A stretch of 56,394 bases of DNA from an uncultured virus (IMG/VR IMGVR_UViG_3300031587_000158) (Duplodnaviria; Heunggongvirae; Uroviricota; Caudoviricetes): the IMG/VR virus record IMGVR_UViG_3300031587_000158. One strand, written 5' to 3'. A program made the position numbers and the translations under genes. Of the stretch, positions 1 through 12,913 are shown piece after piece (position 1 is the first letter of the stretch; every line of letters begins with the position of its first letter). Below the pieces are notes generated by a model, which saw nothing but the letters and a program-made list of their open reading frames with translations, was not told the origin of the DNA and did not search any database.

Positions 1-2328
1 TAGATTTAGTATTTGAGGATTTAAGTGACGATCTTGTATTTCATAGTTCAGAAGGGAAGATAATAACTTGGAAGGAGCTGAGGGCTTTGATAGCCGAGAA
101 TTTAATAAAAGCTTTGCCCGTTTTTGTGAAGGCTGGAATTAAACGGGTAGAGGTAGGTACTATTCAATGGTTTTACGACCGCAAAAAGACAAGAGGGTAC
201 TTCATTTCCTTGAATACTATGTTCATGGCGCGGTTGTTGAAGAGGTAACTATGTTGGAAAACTCAATAGCAGAAGATTTTAAACAACTGTACGGTGAAAA
301 GGCATTAATAGAATTACTGAAGCGGTCAGGGAAACATTCAAAAAGAGTAGGATCACTTGCCGTAGGAGCACCCATTACTTTAACTGATGACCATGTTTTA
401 GTGTTTGCACTACTTGAGATACTCGATTATAAATGTTGTGAAGAAATGTGCTATACAACGCTTACTGCAGAGGAGATAAAAGCATTTTTGGTAAAGCATA
501 AAGCGAGAGTTCTTGAGATGCTGACTAAACAAGAGATAGAACCACCCTCATATTTAGGTTTATTATTTGGAGTGTATGATTTTTTATCGGGATAGAAAAA
601 GAGAGAAGGAGAGTAGAGTCTCTTTGGAGGTAGAACTAAATGAAAATTGATTGGGGGAAAGTTAAATGTTTTTTCGGGTTCCACGATGGGAAGTTAATCA
701 GTCGTGCAAAGTGCAAAGCGTTGCTGGGAAGTATTATAGGTGATTCATCCTACAAAGTCGATGCTGTTGCAGAAATTCGAAAATGCTCTCGTTGTTCTAA
801 GTTTTTGGGCGTAGTTACAGATGGGATACATGAGACAACGATAGATCCTGATATTCTTGTTTCCCTTTCTAATGGTATTCTGCACTTATAGTTAGTACCC
901 TAAACTTGTATCACCGGAGGTAAGTGAGTAAAATGAAAAATAAGATAGCGGTATATCTATACTTGTGGGATGAGGTGCACTCGAATTCGGACTTACAACA
1001 GAGAACGAAAGAAACAATAATGTCTTCGTTGAATGAGGAAGGACAAAAAGCATTAGAACCGATTTTGGATACCATACTTAAAGGACGATTACTAACAATA
1101 GCAAATTTTTCAATGACACTCGACGAATATATTAAAAATGTAAAGAGTATAGCATTTCAGATATATGGTGGAAAGGACATTGACGATGCTATAAAATGGG
1201 TCAGAAATGATATAAAAAATGGATTATATCGTTGCACTCCTACTAAGCAGTTAGTATATATCAAGAATAAAGAATATTCACCGGGTGAACCCGCTACTCT
1301 TGAATTAATCGAGCAATTAAAGGCTGTAATGAGCAGCAATACAGTAATTGTTCATCCGCTACTGGTCGAACTTGCAGAAGAAAAGTTGTAGTGTTGAAGA
1401 GATAGAAAAACTATTAGGGATAAGTGTTTGAACACCATCCCACAATAGATTAACATGACACGACTAGTTCTAAGTGATACCGTGCGAGATATGATTATCA
1501 AACTGGCTGAGGATAATCCGGGAGCGATTAGAGTATGCTCAGAGATTTTTGAAGCAGGAGAGAAGATTGATAGAGACAGTTTTCATGGTGGATTTAGCAC
1601 ACTACTTAATCTCGATAGTCTTGAGATTTATGGAGCTAACATCTGGCTGTTGTACAAAGATGTCTGTAATGAAGATATAACGCTAACAATAGCGGTACTT
1701 CGAGCATGGCAATTAGGTTTGGTAAGTAAAGATAAATTAAAACATGCCGTAGAGCACTATGGAGAGGGCATTGACGTTCAAGGACTATATGAAAAGGTAA
1801 AAGAGAGACTATCTAAGTTCAAACCAAAGCCAAAAGTAATTTTTATTAAGGAGGACGAAGAGTAAAAATGGAATGGAACAAAGCGGTAGATAAATTAATA
1901 GAGATCTGTAAAGAAGCTACTATCCAACTACGAAAAGGGGATATTGTTGAGAAACGAACAAGTGGCAACATAGAAGTAACAGAGATATATATGATGCCCC
2001 ACGTCTCAAAAGCGAGTAACTCACTTGAAAAAATTGATATGGAGTTTATCACAATTGGGGTGAATAGAGAGATTGCAGAGAAGAACCGACAGGCATTTAT
2101 TGAGATATGTGAATCATATCCGAGACCTGATAGGTTAGCCGCAGGTCCCTCGTATATAGAAGTTGGAGCAGAAGTTGGAGATCAGGGTCTAGCATTTCAG
2201 ATGTTTGCGATAGGTGAGGTTTTGGGTCTGTGGAAGGTTATCACACCAGCCCGACTCGGTATAATCGGTGCAGAATCTCGCCAACTGGCGGGGTCAGGTT
2301 TCATAATGATCTCAGGGTACAAAAAATA

Positions 2329-2649
2329 ATGCCTCTTACTCATTTCGCTGAAAACGAGATGGATTTGGAGCAGATTATTGCCTCATGTAAATTCTTTCTG
2401 TGCCTTTGGGATAGATACAGCTATTACGACGAACGCCAACATCAGCAGATAGATATTGCATTGCGCCTTAAGAAACCATTTATCCTCGCTCTCGAAAAAG
2501 GATCAACCTTTCCCATATTCATAAGAGAAGAAGCGAATGTTATCTATGAGTTCGAGTGGGAGGGTGATAAACTCGAGGAAATGTATGACAAACTTGTAGC
2601 TTTCCTTCCTTCATTGAAGCCGGAGGTTGAAGAAAATGGAAAGCAGTAA
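2329..2649 (+). CDS. Small TIR-like / nucleoside-deoxyribosyltransferase-like fold protein
   Basis: ATG at 2329 overlaps the upstream TAA (TAATG). IIASCKFFLCLW...QQIDIALRLKKPFILAL resembles the TIR betaC-alphaC-betaD segment. Confidence 0.35.
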   Translation: MPLTHFAENEMDLEQIIASCKFFLCLWDRYSYYDERQHQQIDIALRLKKPFILALEKGSTFPIFIREEANVIYEFEWEGDKLEEMYDKLVAFLPSLKPEVEENGKQ

Positions 2650-5095
2650 GTTAGCTTCTATTTTGAAAACTCATACAAAAATCGCTGAGACGATGATAAG
2701 AAAACAGGGAGACATAGCTCCTATGGTAGTAGGTTACCGAAGAAAAATGTTAGTCCCCATTGTTGTGAAAGGCGATAGAGAGACACTTAAAGCGACAATT
2801 GAGTTGGTCAAAGAAGATGCGGACTGGATAGTTGTTATGAACACTGGATGGATGAGAAAGGTGAAAAAAGAGGAGATAGAAGAGATTTTAAAACATTACA
2901 AATGGGGACGAATAGCCAATGATCCACAGAGAGAGGAAATTTTAATCGTCCAGGTATCCCTCAGGGATGGAACAAAGGATGCGATAGTGGAGAGAATTAT
3001 TAGAGGAGAGAATGATATTCGATTTGAGCGGATAAGGGACATTGGCAGTGAGGCAAAGATAGATGGTTATTTAGCATTGTGAAAAATGATGGAGGAAAAA
3101 GATGTTTGAAAATATAGACTTCGAAGGAATGGATATAGAGCAGCTCATTACTCTATGCTTAAACTGCAACACAAAAGACGAGGCAAGACAGGTATTAGAA
3201 CAATACGAAAAATACTGTGATTCACCGGAAATTGCAAGAAGGAACTTGGGCTATATATTTGGTTATTGCGGAAAGGAAGATCGAGAGAAACTATACCGTC
3301 TGTTCCCAGTGAGCCATCCTATATTTGGTGAGGGGTTTGGCAGAGGTAAAGAATTGAAACCTGAGGAAATACTCAAAATGGGATACGACTAGGGAGTATC
3401 ATGAAAATGGAATTTTGGACTGCAGATTTTAATGAGTATAAGAAAAAGGTTGAGAGTTCATTTGGCGATATAGATACGCTTGCGAATGAATACCCCGATA
3501 TATACCTACATCAAGTATTATCTAGCGGGTTCACCGAGTTTGCAGGAGTTACAAATTTATTCGCCAGAGTAAAGGAAGAGGTAGCGGGGAGTGAAAAGGC
3601 GTTCCATCAAGTGGTAAATGGACCTGATTCAGAACAGAAAAAACGATATAACGAAGAGTATGGTAAAAAACTCAAAGAGGAATATTTGAAGTGGGCCCGA
3701 GTAAACGCCTTGGGAGAGGAACTACTTGAAGAAGGGTGGAAAGTGTATTTAGAAGATTAGATTGAGAGATCAAAAACAAAATGACAGAAGTTACCATAAA
3801 AGTATGGGATAGAACATGCCCTGATTGTGGAAGTACTAACCTTGATTACTTGGGGAACCACTGTGAGGGTAATAAATACGGATGTAAAGACTGCGAATGT
3901 GAATTTATTACTTATCTATACGAAGTTCTTGGAGAGGTAGAATATAGGGCTGAGGTTGTCTCTAAATGCCAAAACTGCAATGCTGATATAGTCTTAACAA
4001 GACATGGTGATAAAGCAACCGGAACTTGTGACTCGTGTGGTGCTGTAATAGAGGAGGAATAGATAAATGGCAGAAAATAATGACGAGAATAGGCAGAAAC
4101 TAGCAGAGGTCGTTGTGGATACTTGGGATATGGACACCTTAGTTGAGTTCGCTGTTGATAAATTAGTTGAGGTATATAAAAACGACGATATAGCATTCCA
4201 AAAGGACTGGCTGGAAATTAAAGGTGAGCAATAAGCATGGGAATGGATGTATATATCGAACCGGAATTTAGCAACCGATATAATGAATTAAAACCGAGCT
4301 TCAATGAAGCGGTAGAGCGAAGGAACAATGCGAAAACTGAAGAGGAGCGTAAAGAAGCACAAAAGGAGGTAGACAAGTATTTCAACCAAATTCACGAGCA
4401 ATTTTACTTTAGAACACAATATAACCCCTACGGGCTTCAACACTGGTTGGATGCTAATATATGTGAGGGATACGATGCATGGGGTCTCTCGATATTTGAC
4501 CCTACACATGATCCTGATAAGAGAGTGATAACAGATGTAGAAAAAGTTAAAGCCATGTTACGTACAGTGAATAAGTGGATAGAGAGGACTAATACATTGA
4601 AGACCTCGGTTCTTTGGGTTCCATCATGGTGTATAGAAGATTACAAAAAAGAGGCAATAAAAACAAGAGTGAGATACTTCGGAAAACAGGAAAAGTTGGT
4701 ACGATTAAGTGCAGATGATACAAAGGACTATAAAGATTGGTTGAATGATCTCAAGGTTTTTTTAGAGGAAGCCGTTGATTTAGTTGCTAAGGGCAGTAGA
4801 ATTGTTATTTCAGCGTAAAGGAGATAAATAACGGAATGCGAGAGGAAATTAGACTAAACAAATGCAATGCAAGATGGATTCGAGACGAGAGTGATAGAGC
4901 TATAGTTGCTGGAGTATGCATAGAGACCATAGAAAAAGATGGACAATATTCACATAAAATAAGAGAGGTTGAAGTACCTTTTTCTGATTTGCCAAAGCTG
5001 ATAGAGGCCCTAGCATCAGCCTATCATCTCTGGTTATCTAATGTTGGCAAAGATATTAACTTAGATGGCTCGCCTATAAGGAGATAAGGTATTTG

Positions 5096-5213
5096 GAGGT
5101 CGAAAGGGAGACGAGAAGGATAAATAAAATGGGTCGGCACGGGTTCGAATCCCGTTAATTGCTGATCAGCAAATCTTTAAATCTCCCCGACTAACTCCTT
5201 CGTTTCGAAGATA
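5096..5213 (+). ncRNA. Candidate structured RNA containing a tRNA T-arm
   Basis: Intergenic gap with ACGGG-TTCGAAT-CCCGT, a perfect TTGCTGA/TCAGCAA palindrome, and GTCGG/CCGAC and GAAGGA/TCCTTC closing helices. Confidence 0.4.
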
Positions 5214-7977
5214 CATAAGGTGGAGAGGCATCATGATTCCGAAGAGCCTAGAAGAGGCGAGAATAGAAGCGCAAACTATAGGTATGACGATCGAGGAAAC
5301 ATCTAACGGCTATTTGCTGAAATATGGCGATGAGAAAGTGGGTATTGTACCTGACTTTCCTAGTCTTCAAGCATTGTTTGTGACTGATGGAGAACTGAAT
5401 GATATTACCAAGGAAGTAGCGAGACAGTTAGCAAAGGTGAGATAGGTAAGAGAAAATGATAGCACGAGTTTATTACTTCACAAAAGATTTTCTAAATGCC
5501 CTTTTAGGAGGGACTCCACAAACAAGGAAGGAATTCGAGAGATACTATCGCAAGCTGTGCGAGATTGAAGGGAACAGCTTAACCTTAGAGGATATTTTTT
5601 TCGCCTTGAACACTAATGAGCACCTACAAGAGTTGTTACAATTCAAAGCTGTTGTCATCGGACATACCTCAATGTGTGTTGGTGATATAGTCGAGATGGA
5701 TGGCAAATACTTTATTTGTCGATCTATCGGTTGGGAAGAGATATTTTTTGAGAAATAAAATTAAGAATAAACAATCTTTCCTTTTAAAAGAAAGCTTTAC
5801 CAAAGGAGGAGATAAGATGAATATTTTTATTATACTATCTCTTATGGGTCTTACTCTCACAGCACTTGGAATAGTAAGTTATCTCTATACGGGGTGCAAG
5901 TGTGCCATTGGAGTAATTTTTGTATCCGCTGCTCTAACAGCAAGTTGGATTATGGCTTATGTGTTAGAGAGAAGGAAACGTAGAGGATCAGCCTGATAGT
6001 GGGGAATTTTGGTAATATGTTATTTGAAGATCTGCCACAGCCACCCGAACCGCTAAGAAGTAACTGGCGAAAGATGATTCCAAATTGGGCTTGGGAGACT
6101 CTTAGGTGGGATGTACGAAGGATATTAACACGTGAGAGGCAAAGAAATTCACCTGATAAGCATATAGAGATAGCGATTCATAATGCACACACCCTCATTA
6201 GGGTAGAAGCTTTCTTTCCCGACTGTTTCTTACCTGATATTCTAAAAGAAGCGGAGGGAATGATTGAAGGACGATTATGCGATTCCTGCAAGACTGGAAC
6301 ATATTTTTTCAATAGTTACTGTGGAGCGTTTGTTTGTAATAAGTGTGGAAGTCATCACAATCTCGCCAAGTGCTTCTGCGGGTGGAATGTGAAGTCAAAA
6401 GAGGATATAATTGAGCTTGAGGGATAGGGGGCTGAAAAGGGTAAATGGAAAAAGTTCCCATAGAAATATGGGGTGCATGGATATATAAGATGTTCGGTGA
6501 TAAGCCTAAAAAAGGTGAGAAATTACCAAAGGAAGGTTGGCAGTTACTACATGTGGTCCCCGGTAAATTCAGCGATATATCTGAACTATCACAGCATTAC
6601 CAAAACTACGCAGATCTCGATGATTATTGCGTATTGATAATGCACGGTGATAATACGGGAATAGCGTATTTAAAGGAATAGGGGGTGAAATGAAATAGAA
6701 TGGATAAACAAAAAGATTTGTTGAACCCAGTGTGTAGCGAGGCAGTATTTCGGTTCCATACAATAGAGCCTGAAAAGATACAGCAAATTCTGCAGGCGAT
6801 AAAGGATGAGATAGTTGCACACTATCAAGGCGAGGACGAATGGCTTGACCCAAATACACCAATACCACTATTCGCTACTCCGATGGAATTCGATACGAAA
6901 TGGAATGGCGAGAGGAGTTATTATGGATCAGTAAGAGACAAGTACAATCCTGAGATAGACAAAATATGGGGAGATAGGGATGCTGGAAGGATAACACAGG
7001 AAGAGGCTCTGGAGCGATATAGCGAGATCCATGGGAAGATGTCTAAGGAGATATATCCAAACTCGTTACTTAAGGCATGTGCGGGTTTAGGGGACAATGA
7101 GGCAGTGGTAACAATAGAGCAGGACAAGGGTGCATTCAGGTTTAATATCGGTAACAATGATATCGAAGATAACCGAACAGGGTGGATAGAGAAGATTAAG
7201 GCAATGGGCATATCGACTGAAGAGGCAGAGACATGCGACGATTTGCGGCAATATGCACGTGATTGCACCTGTGGTATTCGGTTCTTCGATAAATAATGAG
7301 GGACGAGGGAATGGATGAAATTGATAATCTTGAGAGAATCTTATCAAAGAAGATCAAGAAGGATGGCGAGTGGGATGAGCTTGAAATAGGGGACGTGAAA
7401 GTTCGGAAAATAGAACGGAAAGATAGTGATAAGCAGAGGGAGATAAAATGAATAAAATTGTATTAAACCCGAATTGTAGCGAATTGGTGATGCGCTTTAA
7501 AGGCATACAGTTTTCAGGGATGACGAAGGATGAGTTACTTCGAGAACTGGATAAGATAGGGATAATAGAAGTCGAGCGACTGGAAAACTTCTTCTGGTCT
7601 GGTAATGCTATTGATAATATCCTCGTTGATAAAGAAGACCCCAACTCCCCTGACTTCGAGTATCATTCGTATATCAGGGTAGAGGAACATTTTAGAGGAT
7701 ACCGAGGAGAGGAAGATACTCTGGCGATACTTGCTATCCAGCACAGTCAGCATCAAGTATTTCCGACTGTTAATAAAATAGCTAGCCATTTCAGGGTTGA
7801 GGTTCTTGGGTTTGATGGCGGTAATGAGGATGGGTTCTTGGAATGGTTAAAAACGGGTAAGCCTGAGATACCAGACTATAATGGGAAGCATAAAGAGAGG
7901 AGAGATGAATTATTGAGAAAGCTCACAACTGAGGTTCCTTCAGGAGAGAAAAGTAAAACGGGAGGTGAATAGAAGGA

Positions 7978-8277
7978 ATGGTGGGGAAAATGAATGATAA
8001 GACTTTGGAGGAAGCGCATGTAATCTTGCATCCGATTCGCTTCAGGATAGCGGAACTACTTATTGAGAAGCCTATGCACATCAATGAAATAGCCAAAACG
8101 CTGGGAGAAGAAAGACGACTGGTTACTTACCATCTACAGACTTTGGAAGATTTCGGATTTGTAGGTAGCAAGTATGAGATATCAGAAGCACCAAAGTCAA
8201 GGGGGAAGGCAATCAGGAAATACTGGGCGACTGATAAAGTCAGTAAAACGCTTGAGCACATTAAAGGAAAACTTTAA
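7978..8277 (+). CDS. ArsR-like winged HTH transcriptional regulator
   Basis: LHPIRFRIAELL..KPMHINEIAKTLG...VTYHLQTLEDFGFV; paralogous to 22864-23157. Confidence 0.85.
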   Translation: MVGKMNDKTLEEAHVILHPIRFRIAELLIEKPMHINEIAKTLGEERRLVTYHLQTLEDFGFVGSKYEISEAPKSRGKAIRKYWATDKVSKTLEHIKGKL

Positions 8278-8291
8278 GGAGACGATATAAA

Positions 8292-8891
8292 ATGCACATG
8301 GTAATAAGGGCACTTGTATATGCAAGAGATGAGGTGGAGGCACTTGAACGGGGAAGAAGTGTATTTAACGATCTTGTAGAGCAGGGGGTCTTTGATTACT
8401 TCGTTACCTTTGATGAGGATGGTAAAGGAGTAAGTGGAAGGGATAGGTGGGGTAATCTTCCAGTGGCTGTACGAGCAGATTCGAAGGCAGGGATGGAATT
8501 AATCAGAGAGGGACTTGAAGCAACCTGGGGAGATTTTCTTGAGAATATTCGGTATATCAAAAACTACATAGAGAGCGTAGCAATTGAGGATATATTCGAA
8601 GGTAAGAAAATGGGCGATTTCGAGCACTTTGGTACAGGTTTTCGGTATGCCTGCTATTGCATAGGTCAGTACGCGGGGCCTCATATATGGCTTTATGACC
8701 AGGATGGTGAGGGGATAAGAGATACTCACCACCTAATGAATGTGTTAGAGAAATGGAAAAGCATATACGAAGACCTCACAGATAATGATGCTAAGAGATT
8801 ATCTCAGTGGGATTGGGAGAAAGGCACGAAAAAAGAAAACCCCTATCGTGACTTGGATATCTGGGTAGTTCCGGCTGATGTTCATTATTGA
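8292..8891 (+). CDS. Hypothetical protein (199 aa)
   Basis: Long ORF with SD (AAGGAG); no function recognised. Confidence 0.7.
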   Translation: MHMVIRALVYARDEVEALERGRSVFNDLVEQGVFDYFVTFDEDGKGVSGRDRWGNLPVAVRADSKAGMELIREGLEATWGDFLENIRYIKNYIESVAIEDIFEGKKMGDFEHFGTGFRYACYCIGQYAGPHIWLYDQDGEGIRDTHHLMNVLEKWKSIYEDLTDNDAKRLSQWDWEKGTKKENPYRDLDIWVVPADVHY

Positions 8892-8897
8892 TTTAAA

Positions 8898-9506
8898 ATG
8901 AATCGCTATTTAAACGAATTCTTCTCATTACGTTGTGCCGGTGATATTCTTAATGTAACTGGTAGTATTCATAATGGACCGAAAGAGATAACTGAAGCGA
9001 TGAGTGTTCGCAGGATACTCAAAGACTTCTCATTACAAGAGAAGATGACATATCATGTTCTTGATTTATGTGCAGGGAACGGGTTGCTGGGTCTACTAAC
9101 TGCCTTTACCTTACCGGTTCTATCGGTTACCTCTATTGATATAAGACCTCGTAAGTTAAATACATCGGGAGTGAGAAACTATTCCTATCAAATCAAAGAT
9201 CTCATGCGTGATGAGATAGAAATAAAGCCCCCTACGATCATCTGTGCTATACATGCATGTAGAGAGCTAGCAGAAAGGAGTATTGAGTTATACTTAACCA
9301 ATGGTAGTGCGAAGAAACTCGTTCTCATGCCTTGTTGTTCGCTTAAACATTATCAAAGACCAACATCTCAGCCCTGGATACTTGAAAGAGTGCCAAAATC
9401 AGTACAGTGGGTATGGTACTTGGCTGAGAAGGCAGGTGGTGTATTTCACGAGGATAAATCAGTCTTATCACCGATGAATAAGATTATTATTGCGGAAAAG
9501 GATTAA
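8898..9506 (+). CDS. Class I SAM-dependent methyltransferase (Methyltransf_32-like, possibly RNA-directed)
   Basis: VLDLCAGNGLLG SAM motif, SIDIR, AIHACRELAE and LVLMPCC motifs. Confidence 0.7.
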   Translation: MNRYLNEFFSLRCAGDILNVTGSIHNGPKEITEAMSVRRILKDFSLQEKMTYHVLDLCAGNGLLGLLTAFTLPVLSVTSIDIRPRKLNTSGVRNYSYQIKDLMRDEIEIKPPTIICAIHACRELAERSIELYLTNGSAKKLVLMPCCSLKHYQRPTSQPWILERVPKSVQWVWYLAEKAGGVFHEDKSVLSPMNKIIIAEKD

Positions 9507-10471
9507 GGAGATTGAATGAGTGGCAGATAAGTGTCCCAAGTGTGGGATGGGACTGAAATCTCATCTGGGCGATAAGTACTGCATAAACAAGAATTGCAAA
9601 GGATGGTACTGCTTCGTATGTAATAAGTGGCATCACTACGGAACATTTTGTAGTCATGCCCAGATCCATGGAAGCGATGTAAGTTGCCAAGAAGATTACG
9701 ATAGGTGGATCATGGAACATGTCGATGATTTGAGGCTGATGCTCAAGGAAGCTGAGGCAGAGTGAATGAATTGAGAGGAAATGAAAAAAGGTATGTCGAA
9801 CGAGGGAGGAATACGAATTAAGTATGAGGGGGAAACAGCTAAGTTCATTCCGATAGAGTTTTGGCATATCCCCTATAAGTATCTCTCCATTTATCCAAGC
9901 GGAGTACACAGCATAAGGGATCTGGAAACAATAATCACCGATTTAAAATCAAATAGACCTCAGATATTAGAAGATCTTGGTACTTATGTCTTAATCACAA
10001 TCAAGGAAGGTAATTCATCGAGAGACTTAGACATCCCTTCAGGACTATTTTTAGACGAGTTAATCCGAACTCTCCAGACTATCGCCGAGCTGTTTAGGAA
10101 TAAAAGAGATGTTGAAATTGAGATTATTGCTTAATAGGGGCAAGAGAAATGGTAAGTAGAGAGAGTCTGTCCATATTTGGTAGCGGCCGACAGAGCAAAG
10201 CAACTAATGACAAGGGAGAGATGAAAAAACTTGCAGAGGTGAGATTAGACACCTCTTTCATGCCAATCAAAGAAATAGGTGATGCGAAGTATGTGATATG
10301 TAGTGATGGCATAGTTGAGATCTCACCAGCAGGCATAACGCACTATCTAAATGTAGAACAAATAGAGAAGCTTGCAGAGAAGATAAAAGAGTTGCGAGAG
10401 GCTAAGTTCTTTGAGGAGGACAAGTGAGAAAACAGTTACATTTATAGATATCCTCACCGTTTTGTTATAAT

Positions 10472-11008
10472 ATGTCACAAATGGAACGGTGGTTAGGATA
10501 TTTGGCAGGAGTTATTGACAGTGAGGGAACAATACATGTAAACTACAACAGATACAAAGACAGGATTTTTTATTTTAAGGTATTCACCGCCATCGGAAAT
10601 GAGTCTCCGCTATTGATTGAAAGATGTATTCTAATAATCAGAGAAGCAGGGGTAGAAGTTCCAAAAGGCACTCCCTATGTTTTAAAAACCAAATCTGGGA
10701 ATAAATTTTACAAAGTTACAATTTCTAACCAAGAAGAAAACTATAAGCTTTGTAAAGTGATTAAGGGCTATTTAGTATCTAAAAAAGAACTATGTGAGTT
10801 AGCGCTCGAATTCCTTTCAAGTAGGAAAGAAAAGAGGAGAGCGAGAGATGGTTCTGGTAGATTTACTTTTTCACCGTATTCTGATGAAGAGCTTTCAATT
10901 CTAAGGGAGATATATACTTTGAACAGAAGAGGAAAGAGAAAGAGGCTTGGAGAAGGTTACTTAATAGAGCTGCAAAAGAAAAATGAGCAAAGAAAAAGGG
11001 TAATATGA
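10472..11008 (+). CDS. LAGLIDADG homing endonuclease, single motif, free-standing
   Basis: N-terminal YLAGVIDSEG motif and basic C-terminus; AT-rich TATA-like sequence just upstream. Confidence 0.8.
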   Translation: MSQMERWLGYLAGVIDSEGTIHVNYNRYKDRIFYFKVFTAIGNESPLLIERCILIIREAGVEVPKGTPYVLKTKSGNKFYKVTISNQEENYKLCKVIKGYLVSKKELCELALEFLSSRKEKRRARDGSGRFTFSPYSDEELSILREIYTLNRRGKRKRLGEGYLIELQKKNEQRKRVI

Positions 11009-11826
11009 AAAAGAAAAGAGTTGTTGCATTACATTTCACGGATTTATGCAATATGCTTCCTCCGTGCCCATTTTGTTACCGAAGGAGCAGGGGAGAAGAT
11101 AAACGGTCTCTATCGCAGTCATTTCTCATTGATATGGTGCCATTTTTAGCCGAAATTACTGAGCAAGTAGCTTGCGGTGGTGGTGAACCATATATGGAAC
11201 CTGAATTCATTGAAGATTTCAGTAAAGTCTGTGATGATTATGATCTTACTGTTAATGTTACGACAAATGGATCACTACCCGATAGAATCATCAAATACTC
11301 AAAATATGTCACAATGGTCTCAGTATCTTACGATAGCGCAAAATGGAGGACCATACAAGATTTTATGCTCACATTACACAAATTGCGAGAGCATGGTCTG
11401 AGATTAGGTGTAAATCTCTTAGTAGAGAAGGATACTTTTAGCCCACCCTTAAAGTTTGTGTCGCTTGTGGATTTATTCTTGCAGGAGGCAGAGCGAGTTT
11501 TTGCATTATTCCCAAAACTAACCTATTTCGTCCCCATCCTGGATTATAGAATGTACTACCTCTACCTCACGTTGAAGCACAAACATTTCTATATCGACGA
11601 TGCAACCTATTCAATACTCTGTAATGAGAGCTACAATGAGTGGAAGTCTCCCTGTCATTTTGGTAAAGACATCGTGAGTATAAACCCGCGAGGATATGTT
11701 ACTGGATGCTCCTTTGATGGAGAGGATAAAGCTGTTCTCAAGCTTGATAAACCAAGTGATCTACTTAAGATCAGGGACCTCGAGTTCGAGGAGAGATTTT
11801 CGTGCCCCCACATTCTTGTTACATGA
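11005..11826 (+). CDS. Radical SAM protein with CX5CX2C cluster motif
   Basis: CNMLPPCPFC, GGGEP, VTTNGS, VSVSYD; C-terminal C..G...INPRGYVTGC twitch-like motif. Confidence 0.85.
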   Translation: MKKKRVVALHFTDLCNMLPPCPFCYRRSRGEDKRSLSQSFLIDMVPFLAEITEQVACGGGEPYMEPEFIEDFSKVCDDYDLTVNVTTNGSLPDRIIKYSKYVTMVSVSYDSAKWRTIQDFMLTLHKLREHGLRLGVNLLVEKDTFSPPLKFVSLVDLFLQEAERVFALFPKLTYFVPILDYRMYYLYLTLKHKHFYIDDATYSILCNESYNEWKSPCHFGKDIVSINPRGYVTGCSFDGEDKAVLKLDKPSDLLKIRDLEFEERFSCPHILVT

Positions 11827-12208
11827 AAAAATGAGGTGGTAGATATGAAATGCTTTATTTGTAGTAGGAGAATTTGGATCTTCCAGAGAAGAACAAGAGC
11901 AACTAATCCAGCTCTGCGAAAAATACTTGCAATCGCTGGTTTCTTAAAAGAGGAAGATGCAGGTTGGATGCACAGTAATTGCCTGATGGAAGTGATATAT
12001 CAAGATCTGGATGACGTGAAAACCTCTTTGAAAGCAATAGAGAGTTTCTTGGGGTTCAAAACGCAAGAGGAGAGGAAAATAGTGATAGAAGTTAGAAAAG
12101 GAGTGGTTGAAGAAGTTAAAAATCTCCCAGAAGGATGGTCTTTTGGAGTGGATTACTATGACACTTTTTAATTAATGTAAAAAGGGTTAGAAAAGAGGTG
12201 ATGGAAAA

Positions 12209-12913
12209 ATGGTCTTAGAACCAAGAAGAGGATGTGGATATAGACAACTGAACAAGCTCTATTTAGTCGGATCGGGTATTACAATCGAGTGTCATCGGCT
12301 GCCCCTGAATATTCCCGAGATATGTCCTGTTTGCGGATCGGGAGTGAAATTCTCTCGTGGCTGGACATGGATAAACCCTAAAGAATTGTTCGGTGAATGC
12401 AAGGAAAAGGATGTAGACGAATCTCTGCAAGCACTTTCTACTACGCTTTTCCCATGCCACAAAGTGGAATGCAAGATATGCTTCCCGCCAGTGAAAGTCG
12501 GACTTATGTTTGTGGGGCAAGAGTATACTCCACAATCGTTCACAATTGAGGCAGCACAGCTTGGTGTTTCTAAGGCGATAGGCGCAATTCCAAAGGGTCT
12601 TGAACTGGGTAAGACATGGGTTTTTCTCGCACATAAGAAAGCGGGTAAGAGAGTTATAACAGAGGAATCTCTTAGTAAAAATGTAGTTGAAAGTCCAGCG
12701 GTATTCTATGCATTTGTTCCCGTGAGAGTTGAAATGCTTCTTAAGAAGAGTGATGCAACTGAGGATAAGTTGGAAATCCTGAAGAAGAGGAATATCACAC
12801 CGATAATCGTGGATGACGACTATGAGGAGAAAGTGGCAGAAGCCGAAGAGATATATAAGTCCCAAGAGCAAGAGAAAAAGGTGAAGGACGAGATTGAGGT
12901 GTTAGAGATATAA
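12209..12913 (+). CDS. Cys-rich hypothetical protein
   Basis: RRGCGYR N-terminus, CPVCG and CKIC motifs, strong SD GAGGTGA. Confidence 0.7.
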   Translation: MVLEPRRGCGYRQLNKLYLVGSGITIECHRLPLNIPEICPVCGSGVKFSRGWTWINPKELFGECKEKDVDESLQALSTTLFPCHKVECKICFPPVKVGLMFVGQEYTPQSFTIEAAQLGVSKAIGAIPKGLELGKTWVFLAHKKAGKRVITEESLSKNVVESPAVFYAFVPVRVEMLLKKSDATEDKLEILKKRNITPIIVDDDYEEKVAEAEEIYKSQEQEKKVKDEIEVLEI

